Origin: Octopus sinensis
Taxonomy: Eukaryota
Reading direction: 5' to 3'
NCBI RefSeq assembly: GCF_006345805.1
Contig: NC_043010.1
Location: forward strand, 36,146,001 to 36,210,000
Length of the DNA stretch: 64,000 nucleotides
Under the pieces are notes generated by a model. The model was not told the DNA's origin and did no database searches. It saw nothing but the letters and a program-made list of their open reading frames with translations. Both the position numbers and the translations under genes were made by a program. Below, piece by piece: positions 1 through 13,503 of the stretch. Position 1 is the first letter of the stretch, and every line of letters starts with the position of its first letter.

Positions 1-243
1 ATAATGATGATGATGATGATGATAATGATGATGATGATGACGATGATGATGATAATGATGATAATGATGATGATAACGATGACGATGATAATGATGTTAA
101 CGATGACGATGATAATGATGATGATAACGATGATGATGATAACAATGATGATGATAACAATGATGATAATGATGATAATAATGATGATGATAATGATGAT
201 AATAAGGATGATAATGATAATGATGATGATGATGATGATGGAT
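1..243. repeat. Imperfect (ATG/ATA/ACG)n trinucleotide microsatellite
   Basis: Directly visible tandem triplets; explains the poly-Met and poly-His ORFs. Confidence 0.97.
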
Positions 244-436
244 TACCATCGAAGACGGCGTATGAGTGTTCAGTTTTTGCCGAACGACACGCACAAACGA
301 TTTGTCTATAGTGATCAAACGTACGTGCCGCACATTAAGCTCACTTCCGCCATCAAATCGAAGTTTCATGAACAGGTGTACGGTGTACAACGCGCCAGGT
401 GTGGAAGTGATCGCAGAGCAACGTGAGATGAATAAC

Positions 437-600
437 AACTATAGGCACAAAGCCTGAAATTTGGGGGAGGAGATTAGTCGATTACATCGACCCCCACCCA
501 ATACTCAAATGGTACTTATTTTATCGACCCCGGAAGGATGAAAGGCAAAGTGGGCCTCGGTGGATTTTGAAATCAGAACGTTAAAAACGGGCAAAATGCT
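437..600 (-). mobile_element. tRNA-derived SINE, family A (degenerate)
   Basis: Reverse complement matches the family A core GTCGACTTTGCCTTTCATCCTTTCGGGGTCGATAAA seen intact at 29278-29509. Confidence 0.75.
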
Positions 601-645
601 TAAAATAGCAATAAACCTTTCTACTGTTGGTACAAAGCCTGAAAG

Positions 646-847
646 GTCGTGTGCTGCTTATCTTGATATGAGATCACCATGTCGCGCACATATGATTGTG
701 ATTGATGCATGTGCCTAGTATACCCTTATCAGACGGGTAGCCATGATGGGTATACTGGGCTTCGTATATTTTACCCCAGTGTCACTTTGATGACATGCAC
801 TGCTCTCTCACTCAACAACAACAACAACAATAATAATAATAATAATC
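646..847 (+). mobile_element. Probable 3' end of a non-LTR retroelement ending in a (CAA)n(TAA)n tail
   Basis: Unique-looking sequence with a GTATACCC...GGGTATAC stem ends abruptly in a triplet tail; family not identifiable without a database. Confidence 0.35.
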
Positions 848-1619
848 TAGAGTCCTGAGTGCCATTACTTCCATATTCCCATGACCTGTGGTTACCCTAT
901 GGTTAAGAATATCCTGCTTAAGGTTGTTCCTTGATTTGCGAGAAATTGCAGCCAAATCTCTTCGAAACCACTCTCCTGCAAATCCCCAAAACACGCAAAT
1001 AAAGAAAAAGAATGCATGCATCAGATAGTATTGTTTAGTATGTCTTTGATCTGCAAGATGATCTCTTACGGGTGGGAGGCTACACGAGGTTAAAAGCTTC
1101 AACAATGCACCAACAACTTCACAGTCCTAGAAGGATGAGATCTGGACTCACAGTATAGAGAGAGAGAGAAAGAGGGAGAGAGAGAGAGAGAGAGAGAGAG
1201 TAAATTCTGCAAAACATATAATTTTGCCCTGTCCCACATTTTTTTTCTTCAGTTATCCCACGAATATAACAATAGACATCAGCAGCTGTAGCAACAGCAG
1301 CAGCAGCAGTTGTAACCGTGATGGTGTTTTCTAAGGCACAAGGTGAAAGGGTCAGCAGTATAGTCGATTGTATCGACCTCCAATACTCTAGTGGTAATTA
1401 TTTTATCGATCCAGAAGAGATTATAAGCAAAGTCGAGCTATCGCTATAAACGCGATTTCTTAATTATTAGGATTAAGGTCTTCCTCTACTCTGTGGTGTG
1501 CAGCATCACTGCTGCCGCAGCCACTGCACCATCAGCCACATCACCATCGCCATGACCTTCTGGTGCCTCATATTTGACTTGTAAAAATTAGAGTGTCGTC
1601 AATCAAATATATCTCCATA

Positions 1620-2191
<572 letters not shown>

Positions 2192-2490
2192 TGTATGATT
2201 AGTATTTATTTAATCAGTCCCAGAGAGATAAAGGCCAAATCATAATTCAGATTAAATTCCATCCCAGATATTACTCAAAAACTACAGGAACTTGCAATCC
2301 TGCGATTTAGCTCGAGGAGGTTTTCAAATATTATTTTCTAATTTAAGTACAAGGTTAGCGTTTTTGAGGGATTTAATCAACTCCAATAATTAACTGGTGT
2401 TTATTTAACCAACCCCAAGAGGATGAAAGTGAAAGCTGACCTCCGCACGATTTGAATTCAGAACGTAAATAGCCAGAAGGAATACATCCT

Positions 2491-2987
2491 TACTTCTTTA
2501 TTGCCCCGCCAAGGGGCTAAACATAGAGGGGACAAACAAGGACAAAGGGAACGTAGCGGCGGGAAAAATACCTGTTTCTTTACTACCCACAAGGGGCCAA
2601 ACACAGAGGGGACAAACAAGGACAGACAGACGGATTAAGTCGATTATATCGACCCCAGTGCGTAACTGGTATTTAATTTATCGACCCCGAAAGGATGAAA
2701 GGCAAAGTCGACCTCGGCGGAATTTGAACTCATAACGTAGCGGCAGACGAAATACCTATTTCTTTATTACCCACAAGGGGCTAAACACAGAGGGGACAAA
2801 CAAGAACAGATATAGGTATTAAGTCGATTACATCCACTTCAGTGCATAACTGGTACTTAATTTATCGACCCCGAAAGGATGAAAGGCAAAGTCGACCTTG
2901 GTGGAATTTGAACTCACAACGTAACGACAGACGAAATACGGCTACGCATTTCGCCCGGCGTGCTAACGTTTCTGCCAGTTCGCCGCC
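2491..2987 (-). mobile_element. Head-to-tail triplet of family A SINEs (one full, two 5'-truncated)
   Basis: Full copy 2757-2987, truncated copy 2573-2756, and truncated plus internally deleted copy 2491-2572; both junctions read AAATACC|T(A/G)TTTCTTT on the + strand. Confidence 0.9.
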
Positions 2988-3034
2988 TTACATCGATTCT
3001 GCCTGCTCACCACCCTCAGGTTATTAAATATTCC

Positions 3035-3187
3035 TTTCTACTATAGGCACAAGGCCTGAAATTCTGGTGGATGAGTTTAGTCGATTACATCGGTCCCAGT
3101 GTTCAACTGGTACTTATTTCATCGACCCCGGAAGGATGAAAGGCAAAGTCGACCTTGGCGGAATTTGAACTCAGAAAGTAAAGAACG
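3035..3187 (-). mobile_element. Family A SINE (variant tail), interrupted near the B-box
   Basis: Core domain intact; the sequence breaks just past GAATTTGAACTCAGA, and head-like sequence resumes at about 4190-4256. Confidence 0.75.
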
Positions 3188-4129
3188 TGTAGAACGACTG
3201 TGCGAAGGAGAAGTGACGAATGAATAACTCCTTTAATACACCGCACGGTCGCTTGCAATAAAAGCAAAAAAGATAAATGAGTACAAGTGCCAGAAGGAAA
3301 AGAAAGACGACACAACCGTAGAATGTTAAGAGAAAGGTTTTTATTTAGGTGTTAACATGTGTGTGTCAGTGTGTGCGACATATATACATATATAATAATA
3401 ATAATAATAATAATAGACAGGCCGTCATGCATACATAAAGTGTATGTGTGTACAAACAAGGGTGTATGCGTGTGAGATAAAATACAGAGCATAGAAAGAG
3501 TCTATAACAGGACGCTAAAAGTCCAGACACAATGAAGATAAATACCAGTTCGTAGTAAGGTACACAATAGTTGAAGTGCTGTAACAAGAAATTGTGGCTA
3601 CAATGCAGAGCCGGTTGAAGCACGTGTCGTGTAAGCGGTTGTGGCTACTATGCAGAGCCGGTTACTTGATACAGGAAGATCTCGCAGATTGTACTTGCTG
3701 TTAACCATGGTGAAGTAATTCACAAACTGTGGAGATAGACCTGGGTGAATGTTGCTGTGTACGTAGAGATGTTGTTGGCGTCGTTAAGAAGACGGTGGTG
3801 ATGGAGATGGAGGTCCTGAATGCTGCTGGTGTTGTCTGGAACTGGCTGTGTGCTCTGTGGTCAGTGGTTAGACTTTAGAAGGTCTAGAACCAAGACGAAA
3901 TACGGTTGTTGTAACTAGCCTTTTATAGGGACTAGGAGGCTCCAACGGAGATCTAGAAGACTGTGTCACGGGACCTTATCAGAAGGCTGCGATTGGTTAT
4001 GTTGCACATTGGTGCGTAATAGAGTAAGAGACAAATTGCGCCAATACCAACCAGACAGAGTAGTGGACACAACAGGGTCCAAACGGCCGAAGGCTAGCTG
4101 TTATCTGCTACATCCGTATTTATGTTATA

Positions 4130-4136
<7 letters not shown>
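3188..4136 (-). mobile_element. Probable solo LTR (~950 bp)
   Basis: TGTA...TACA termini; on the minus strand two CCAAT boxes (4008-4012, 3992-3996), TATAAAA at about 3921-3927 and AATAAA at 3340-3345, in U3-R-U5 order; internal 25-bp direct repeat (3592-3616, 3639-3663). No matching TSD found. Confidence 0.6.
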
Positions 4137-4177
<41 letters not shown>

Positions 4178-4264
4178 ATTAAGCGTCCGCTACAAACGAA
4201 ATGCCGCTAAGCATTTTGCCTGGCGTGCTAACGATTCTACCTGCTTGCTGCCTTCAGGCTCTTA

Positions 4265-4486
4265 AATATTGGTTTCACATTTTAGTACAAGGCCAGCAAT
4301 TTCGGGGGTGGAGGCGGTAAGCCGGTTACATCGATCCCCAGTACTCAACTGGTACTTCTTTTATTGACGCCAAAAGGACGAACGACTAAATCTATCTCGG
4401 CGGAATTTGAACGCAGAATGTAACGACGAACGAAATGAAGCTAAACATTTTGTCCAGCATGCTAAAGATCCTGCTCGCTCGCCGCC
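4265..4486 (-). mobile_element. Family A SINE, full length, diverged
   Basis: Head GGCGGCGAGC, B-box-like GTTCAAATTCC and core domain recognisable on the minus strand. Confidence 0.85.
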
Positions 4487-5650
4487 TTCCGGTTCATAAA
4501 TATTAAAATCAATGAATGTTAGATTGCAATTCTATTTGCTTTGGGAAGGTGTCGTTCAAACCTGTCTAACGCAAACCACTGGCAACGGATTGCCTACTCC
4601 TCTAACTGCAACAAGAAATGATAACAACAATTGCTTTTTTTTTTTTATTTGCCACAAGGGCGACAGAAGAGGGGATATTTCAAGGACAAATTTTAAAAAA
4701 AACGTTGAGGTTTACGAAGAACTGGGTATGAAGAAAGAAGTATGAGAAAGCATTATCATAAAAGATTTCTGATAAAAGCATGCAATGCTTAAAATGTCTG
4801 TTGATTTATTTTATCAAGCCTTGAGGGATAAAAGGCAAAGACGACCTTGAACGCGTAACTTAATACTGGGAGGTATTTTGTTTGATTAATGATTAACGAT
4901 GTCTTTTTATGACTAAACACATATATTGTATGTTTCCAAGGAAAACTGGAAGTGAGATATTCGTACCTTTCCCAAAGACACTAAAAATGAAATGGCTTCA
5001 CAAGGGAATTGAAATAATTTTTAGATGACAAGAAACCCTTCCCACCACCAACAATATTTTCGCCGAACAATGCGTACGCGTTTGTGTAGGGGCGTTTTAT
5101 GAAGTTGCTCGAGAGTTTCTGAAAATAGCAGTCAAGAACCACATCAGAGCGGATCCAACTGTCTTAAATGATACATTTGATAATATTATAGCCTCTGGTC
5201 ATTGTTGGAACGATTTTGACCAGAGATCTGCTCGATCAGAGCTGACTCGGAGCCAAACAACAACTATAATTTAGTATACAGGCTGATGACCAGCTTGCAC
5301 ACGACAAGAACAATTTTACATTCCGTGAACACACACACACAAACACACGCACACACACACGACGGTGTTTCAAATAATTGACAGCAAGCAATGGCGTGCG
5401 TGCAACTAACTACAATACTGGGCTGAAGTTAGCTGAGAAACTAAGAAATTACTCTGACTAATCTATTGATTTCAAGTCACTGTACTGCTGCAATGTCTAT
5501 AATGCCAATTGCGAATTGGTACAAGTGGTCCTGGCATACATTATATACTTTTATAAAGACATTGACTGATTACCTAGGGCTACAGACGTAGAAGAGTTTT
5601 CTCAAAATAGTAATACTTAATGTCTCATAAAACTGTTGCAACATCGTATT

Positions 5651-5817
5651 ATTCTTTTACTTGTTTCAGTCATTTGACTGCGACCATGCTGGAGCACCGC
5701 TTCTAGTCGAGCAAATCGACACCAGGACTTATTTTTTTGTAAGCCTAGTACTTATTCTATCGGTCACTTTTGCCGAACCGCTGTTAAGCGATGTTGGAGG
5801 ACAATCTCACACACACA

Positions 5818-5854
<37 letters not shown>

Positions 5855-5993
5855 GGCGGGCTATTTTCAGTTTCCGTCTACCAAATCCACTCACAAGGCT
5901 TTGCTTGGCCCGAGGCTATAGTAGAAGACACTTGTCCAAGGTGTCACGCAGTGGGACTGAACCCTAAACTTACCACACAGCCACTCCTGCGCC
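5651..5993 (-). mobile_element. Family B SINE with internal deletions
   Basis: Head GGCGCAGGAGTGGCTGTGTGGTAAG, internal (TA)n/(TG)n and tail all present on the minus strand. Confidence 0.88.
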
Positions 5994-6033
5994 TCCACAC
6001 AGTCACTCATTTATTTGTTTTTTATTTTTTCAA

Positions 6034-6380
6034 TCTTTACTGGTTTTAGTCATTGGATAGCAGCCACGCTGGGGTGACGCCTTGAATGAAGGGCTTTAGT
6101 CAGACAAATCGAGCCCAGTACTTATTTTCTTCAAGCCTGGTTCTTAATCTATTAGTCTCTTTGGCCGAACCATTAAGTTATGGGGACGTAAACAAACCAA
6201 CACCGGCTGTCAAGCGGTGGAGAACAGATACAAACGCACACATACATACATACATACGATGGGATTCTTTCAGTTTCCGTCGATAAAATCCACTCACAAT
6301 GCTTTTCTTGGCCCGCAATGGGATTGAACCCGAAACCATGTGGTTGAGAACTAAACCTCTAATCACACATCTATACCAGC
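6034..6380 (-). mobile_element. Family B SINE, degenerate
   Basis: Tail, internal microsatellite and CORE-like segment recognisable. Confidence 0.75.
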
Positions 6381-6442
6381 GCAAAGTATTCATTTATCTT
6401 TAATACGTACTTTGGGGGTCAACACATAGTGTAGGAGATCCG

Positions 6443-6526
6443 GGCGGAGGTAAAGAATACGCACACCATCCGTTTTCGGCGTAACCCTAACCTAAACACT
6501 AGGTGTGCGTATTCTTTACATTCGCC
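6443..6526. mobile_element. Palindromic MITE (GGC...GCC TIR, 8-bp TSD; Merlin-like), copy 1
   Basis: ~25-bp TIR GGCGGAGGTAAAGAATACGCACACC; TSD GAGATCCG / GAGATACG (7/8); AACCCTAACCTAA in the loop. Confidence 0.85.
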
Positions 6527-6936
6527 GAGATACGTAAGTGTTTCGTTTTATTGTTAAGGGTTGTATATTGGCTCGTTGTTTATCATGGTTCTTTATTATA
6601 GTCTCCAGTAGGTTTTTATTGTTAGATAACACTTTCTTACATATGCTATCGAACGAAGTGTCTTTCATCTTTTCTGTAGGGATTGCTACAATAACTTTCA
6701 TCATTCCTGAATCGATAAAAATGAAACATCAGTCAAGTACTGAGGTAGGTTTAACACTTTCATAGTGCTTCATAAATGAGCATAGGGTTATGTATAATAC
6801 GAAAAACTCGCGATAATTACGTACAGCTACAATTTTGTGACTCCGCGTTTATATTCCTTCAAATTTTGCAAAGCTTTTTCATCTATTCGGAGATCGAAAA
6901 ATAAGCACCAGTGATCCGTGGGTTGATTTATTTGGC

Positions 6937-7315
6937 TACTAGCAGTATCGCCCGGCGTTGCTCGGGTTTGTAAGGGAAATAACTATAAAGCATTTTTAGA
7001 GAGTTATAGCCAAAAAATGGAAAAAAATGATGGTAAATTTTTTTTTTAGTTAAAATGGTCGAGTCGCGTCCCCTAGACAGTCTGTGGTTTGTGTTTCTGA
7101 TTCTCGACTCCATGTCGAATTTATCGATTTTTTTCAGAACTGGGGGAACTTCTCAAAATTTTCGCTGCGTTAGTTTTGAATTATGACATTGGGCTATGTG
7201 TGTGTCAAGTTTCATCAGAATCGGTTGAAAGCCGTGGTCAGGGTGAGGGTACAACCTGACAGAAACACAGAAACACACACAGACAAACTGCCGTTTATAT
7301 ATAGAGAGAAGAGAT
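6937..7315 (+). mobile_element. Non-autonomous Helitron-type (Lep1-like) element, copy 1
   Basis: Starts TACTAGC..CCCGGCGTTGCTCGGG, contains AAGTTTCATCAGAATCGG and (ACAG/ACAC) repeats, ends TTTATATATAGAG..GAT; near-identical copy at 48823-49197. Family assignment is from recalled architecture only. Confidence 0.65.
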
Positions 7316-7389
7316 ACAGTCTTTACTCACAAATTGCACAACGGTTAGAACAGAAATAATTACTAATTTTTTTTTTGCTTAGAAGAATG

Positions 7390-8920
7390 GGAAAGTCGTT
7401 CATATCGACTCTAGAACTTTACTGGTACTTACTTACGTTACAGACCCTGAAAGGTTGAAACGCAAAGTTGACCTCGGCGAAAGAGACGGGAGAAAGGTTG
7501 CTAAGTGTTCGGCGCAGCAACGATTCTTGATCTTTTATTGCCCACTAGGGGCCAACATAGAAGGGACAACACAATTTGATTTTGGGGTCAGATACAAACA
7601 AATGGTAAAATACATTAAGGTGATATTGAAAATTCAATACAAAATATAAATACGAATGATAAACACAACAAAAAACAAAACAGATGGAGTGATGGTTAAC
7701 CTCCTGACCCCACGATACCTAATCCACCACTGATATCGGGTAAATCGATTATATCGATCTCAGTATTTGACGGGTGCTTTATTTTTACCGACTCCGAAAG
7801 GATAAAAGGGTAAGTTGAGCACAGCACGACTCAGCGGCATTAATAATCATCTCGAGATATTCAATCCGACTGTGCCAAGATTCTGTTAGACTATTGCGCT
7901 TAAAAAAATAATTGTTTCTAGTTTAGGTACAGGAACATCAGTTTTTAAGAGGAGGGTGTTAATAAATTTTATCGATCTTAGTTCTGGTATTTTATTTAAC
8001 TGACTTCAGAACGATGAAAGATAAAGTTATCCTCGGGAGGATTTGAACTCATCATGAAAGCTGAAACATATACCGCTTTAACGATTTTGCCGACCCTCCG
8101 CCTTAAAAAAAAAATTATTATTTTGAATTTTGTTACGTGGCCGGCAGTTTTAGTGGGAAGCGGGGAGTCAGTTACATTGACCCGAGTACTCAACTGGTAT
8201 CTAGTTTATGGACGGTAAAAATTTACCTAAAAGATGAAAGGTAAAGTCAACCACGACAGAATTTGAAACCAGAACGTAAGAGCCTGAAGAAATACCGCTG
8301 TTTTGTTCGATGTGCACACCACCTTTATTTCCCACACCAAATAATTCTTTCCACTATATGCACAAGCCAAGAAATTTTATGGGGTATGGCCAGTCGATAA
8401 CGTCGACTCAGTGCTTAAACTGGTATTTATTTTATCACTCCTAAAAAGATGAAAAACTATGTCGATCTCGGCAGCAGAATTCGAACTCAGAACGTAAAGA
8501 GCTGAGGAAATACCACTAAGCATTTTATCGGCAGAGGTAAAGAATTCGCACACCACCCGTTTTCAATGTAAACCTTAACCACCAAAAACGGGTGGTGTGC
8601 GTATTCTTTACCTTCGCCCATTCTGTCATACGTGTTCGTCCCCCCCCCCATTTAAAGATTCTAATTTTTGGCACAAGGCCAGCAAAGTCTTTGATGAGAG
8701 AGGAGGTCATTCACATAGACCCAATACTTGACTGGTAGTTGTTTTATCGAATTCGAAAGGATGAAAGGCAAAGTCGACCTCAGCGACATTTGAATTCTGA
8801 ACTCCCAAGAAATAGAAAAAAAAATCGAAAGACAATGATAATGGTTTTTTAGTATATGCACAAGAGCACATACGAGAAGAGGTGGGTAAATCGATCCCAG
8901 AATTTCACTGGAACTAATCA
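7390..8920 (-). mobile_element. Cluster of about seven degenerate family A SINE copies, all minus strand
   Basis: Core motif variants of ATCGACCCCGAAAGGATGAAAGGCAAAGTCGACC recur at about 7440, 7790, 8005, 8225, 8435 and 8745, with tail fragments at about 7540 and 8850-8915. Confidence 0.8.
8530..8618. mobile_element. Palindromic MITE, copy 2
   Basis: TIR extends to about 34 bp (…CACCACCCGTTTT / AAAACGGGTGGTG…); degenerate TSD CATTTTATC / CATTCTGTC; inserted in a SINE head. Confidence 0.85.
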
Positions 8921-9584
8921 AAAAGAAAAAAAATCCACTTCATTGGATGGCAGAAACAATAAAACGCCATAAATAAATAAATAAATAAATAAAAGCAATG
9001 TGATAGATACAAACCTTCTGAGTTCAAATCCTTTCAAGATCAACTATATCCAACACCCGTCCGAGTTTTCGTTCTTGTGCCAATGTTCAAATCCATTGTA
9101 TTAGTCTTCTTTCTTTTTTTTTCCCCAATATGTTTTCATTAATAATTGTGGATCGATATATTGGTGTATACCCAAGCTTTTGGTGCAATGCTTTTTCCAT
9201 AGATTGGAATTTTATGTACAGCAGATCATTTAAAGCTGGTTTTAGTGTTTATTCATAGACACCAAGGATATACGAATAAGACGCAACAGGAATTATAAGT
9301 AGTGTTGTTGAGGTGGGTTAAAATTTTGATTTTTTATTTCAGAGGGACGCGATAAATGAAATTAGATACGTTTTGTGAAGTATGAAAGCAGACGCTTCTC
9401 TTTGTAACTCATCTTTTTTTTTTTGCTAATACAATCTAATATTCTTCTCTTCCGCTTTTAACGTTTTATATTTAACTGAAATAAATAAAAAAATTCTAAT
9501 TTAAATCAAAATGTAATATTAAAAAAAAAAAGTTTAATAATTCCAATATTCTTGTTATATTTTTCCTGCGTTTCGGCATTAAGA

Positions 9585-9737
9585 TCCGAGTTCAAATTCC
9601 GCCGAGGTCGACTTTGTATTTCATCCTTTCGAGGTCGATGAAATAATACTCGTTGAGTATTATAGACAATATAATCGACTTATCACTCTACCCAACCCAC
9701 AAAAATATTCTGGCCTTGTGCCTAAATTAGAAAGGGT
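9585..9737 (+). mobile_element. Family A SINE, 5'-truncated
   Basis: GAGTTCAAATTCCGCCGAGGTCGACTTTG core and GGCCTTGTGCCTAAATTAGAAAGG tail. Confidence 0.85.
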
Positions 9738-10461
9738 TGTTTTCTTGCGTTTTTCTTTATTTTATATTATTTGAAACTTTCATACTAGAAAAGTTTAAAA
9801 TGGAAAATAAAAGTAATTCTAATATTCTTCGATTATTTTTCATTCTAGTTTATATTTCACGTTTAATTCAAATAACTAAATATGATTAAACAAAAAGAAA
9901 AAACGAATATTTACAAAAAAAGAAATCAAATAGTTTCGTTTCGTTTCAATTTCTGTGTTTCTATTCGTTTTATATCCACTTATTCCCCTTTTGTTTCGTT
10001 TGCGCCAAGCTGATATTTCGAAGCAAGCGCCAGTCAGTGTAATGTGGGTCAGAGCATTCCGTCTGTCGGAAGCTATGTCGTCGTCTCTTTAATGAACATT
10101 GACGATAATTAAAGGATTTTTCTCTTAAAAAGCATTGCTAGACGAAAAAAATTTTCATTGGGAAATATTTACAAATGGTAGCTAAAGTAAGTATGCTATT
10201 TTTTCTCGCACAGCTTTCTTTGGTTTCTCTTGCCTTTTCTTTATTATTCTGATGAGATGATTTAAGTAGCGGGTGGTGGCAAAGAGGAGAGAGAGAAAGA
10301 AGTCTTGTTTTGTTTATTAAACGATACACGATGTACAATAAATATGGGTTGTTGACCAACTTTACATACTTCGTCTTTCTTTGTACATATACCTACTTCT
10401 CGTATTAATTTCACACTCTCTCAAACCCATGTGTGTGTGGTGTGTATATATATATAATATG

Positions 10462-10512
<51 letters not shown>

Positions 10513-10790
10513 TACAATAATTTCATTATCTTATTATATATATACAATATTATTGAGGGCTGGAACATGAGTTATGTAAAAGATGCATGTGCTTTATATA
10601 TAGTTTTTAGATTCAGTATACGTTGTTTATATATGTATGTATGTATTGCTATATGTGTGCATATAGTTATGATATATACATAGTTGTGTGTGACCCTTTC
10701 CTGTAAATTTTTACTATAGCACTCATGAGATTGAGACGGGTGTAATAGTGAAAAAAAAAATACCGTTGTGTGATACGCACACGCACACGA

Positions 10791-11062
10791 TCTATTCATC
10801 TATCTATCTATCTATATATCTCTCTCTGTATATATCCCCACATATCTATCTGTCTGTCTCTGTCTCTCTCTTTATCTATCTATAGTTATCCCCACATATC
10901 TATCTCTACCCATCTTTATCCCCACATATCTATCTATCTATCTATCCCCACATATCTATACGCATCTATCTATATATATCCTTCTATCTATCGATCTATC
11001 ACCACATATCTGTCTATCTATAGGTCTATCCCCACATATCTATACGCATCTATCTATATATC

Positions 11063-11104
<42 letters not shown>

Positions 11105-11260
11105 CACACATATCTGTCTATCTATAGGTCCATCTATCCCCACATATCTATATCTACGCATCTATCTATATATCTATCTATCTATCTATCTATCTACCCA
11201 TCTCTCTCTCTCTACATATCTACCCCTCTCTAACTATGCATATATATATGTATTGTGATG
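10791..11260. repeat. (TATC)n microsatellite with recurring CCCACATA / ACGCA higher-order units
   Basis: TATC(C/A)CCACATATC-type units recur about eight times within the TATC array. Confidence 0.92.
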
Positions 11261-11545
11261 CATGTGGTATGTGAAGCATATATTTGTGTTTAACTTGTGA
11301 TTCATGCATGTGTATGTTATTTGTATGATGCATACATATATGCAGCGTTGTGTAATGCAAACATATGTGCATGTTTGTGTGGTGCATATGTTTATGAGTT
11401 ATTTGTGTATTTATAATATCCATAGATCTTCGAGTTATCTCTAGATGCGTGTGTATATGTCTGTATATAAATATGAGTATATGTGTATATGTGTGTGTGT
11501 GTATATATATGAGTGTATGTGTGTATATATGAGTGTATGTGTGTG

Positions 11546-11576
<31 letters not shown>

Positions 11577-11750
11577 ATATATATATGAGTGTATATGTGT
11601 GGTGTGTATATATATATGAGTGTATATGTGTGTGTATATATATATGAGTATATGTGTGTGTGTATATATATATGAGTGTATATGTGTGTATATATATATA
11701 TGAGTATGTGTGTGTGTGTATATATATGAGCGTATGTGTGTATATATATA

Positions 11751-11792
<42 letters not shown>

Positions 11793-12139
11793 TGTATGTG
11801 TGTGTGTATATATATGTATATATATGAGTATGTGTATATATATATATATGAGTATGTGTATATATATATATATGAGTATGTGTATATATATATATGTGTG
11901 TGTGTGTATATATATATGTGTGTGTGTGTATATATATATGTGTGTGTGTGTATATATATATATATTTGTATATATGAGTATATATATATATGAGTAAATA
12001 TGTGTGTGCATATGTGTGTATATATAATATAGACGTATTGCACATGAAGATGTGTGTGATGCAATGCTTATATGTTGGTGTATGCACGTTTGTGTGTGTA
12101 CATATATACATGTGATGAAATAACGTGTATGCACATATA

Positions 12140-12186
<47 letters not shown>

Positions 12187-12200
12187 ATATACAAGCTATG
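11261..12200. repeat. Compound (TA)n/(TG)n/(TATGAG) microsatellite field
   Basis: Directly visible; source of the YIYI/THTH ORFs. Confidence 0.95.
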
Positions 12201-12409
12201 TGAAACGATGCATATATTTTTGTGGTATATGTATGAGTTATGAATGTGATAAACAGTTATGTCTATTATATATAAGTTATGTTGGATATCAGACAACTCT
12301 CCCATTCTCTCTCCTCCTATACGTATATATATATTTATCTACCTATCTTTATATATTCAACTTCATGTATAATAATTATCTCTTGATATATAGCACTATT
12401 CTTTCACAT

Positions 12410-12773
12410 ATCTCTATCTCTCTTGTTTTTCTCCCCCATCTAAAAACATACTCTCTTTATATATAGATCTCCCTCTTTGCCATTTCTCTTTTCCTCTGAA
12501 ACATTCACGCATACACAACACACACACACACACTCTCTCTCTCTTTTTAATCGCCTTGTTTCTCTTTGCTCTTTCTCTCTGACATATCTCTTCTTCAATT
12601 TCTACATAAATGCTTTCTCTTAGCATAGCATATCTTTCTCGATGTTTCTTCACTTTTCTCTCAAACAAATTCTGTCTTTCTTTCCTCTCCCTACCCTTAT
12701 GTATGTGTATATATATGAGTATGTGTTTGCATATATATATGTGTGTATATGAGTGTGTGCATATATGAGTGTA

Positions 12774-12821
<48 letters not shown>

Positions 12822-13436
12822 TGTATGTGTGTGTGTGTATATATGAGTATGTGTGTATATATATGTGTGTGTGTGTGTATATATATATATCACACAAACA
12901 TTTATATTCAACTTATACACTTTCTATTTGCTCAATATAATCTTTCTCATCCTCATTTATATTATAATAAAAAAAAAAAAGCAGTTTTTATTTTATTTTT
13001 CCATCCTCTTTCCCTTTGACTCTTTATAGTTCGTTCAGTTCTCACCACACCATCTCTCTCTCTCTCTCTCTCTCTCTCATGCTCATTCTCCTTATTTCTC
13101 CCTCTCGTTCACCCTCTCTTAATGCCCATCCTAATCAGTCTGATCCTGTTTTGCTTCTCTGTGTCTCTTTTCAATGACCTTCCTTATTACTTGTTTCTTT
13201 TTATTGATCCTTCTCTCTCTCTCTCTCTTTCTGTTCTTACTCTTTCATTTTCTCTCTCTCTCTCTCTCTCTCTCTCACTTGCTATATATATGTATATATC
13301 CTCTCTTTCTCCTGCTGCATTGCTTTTCCCTCTCTCTTCTGATATTCGCTGCACCACATTTTCTCTCTCTTTGTCTCTTACTCTGTCATTATTTTTGCTC
13401 TGCTCTGTCATTCTCTCTCTCTCTCTCTCTCTATAC

Positions 13437-13503
<67 letters not shown>

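Noticed and set aside
4-438. Poly-Met and poly-His ORFs
   Set aside because: They are translations of an (ATG)n microsatellite running into unrelated repeat sequence.
6516-6900. Possible decayed coding sequence (MMKVIVAIPTEK...)
   Set aside because: No motif I can recognise; interrupted by stops; needs a homology search.
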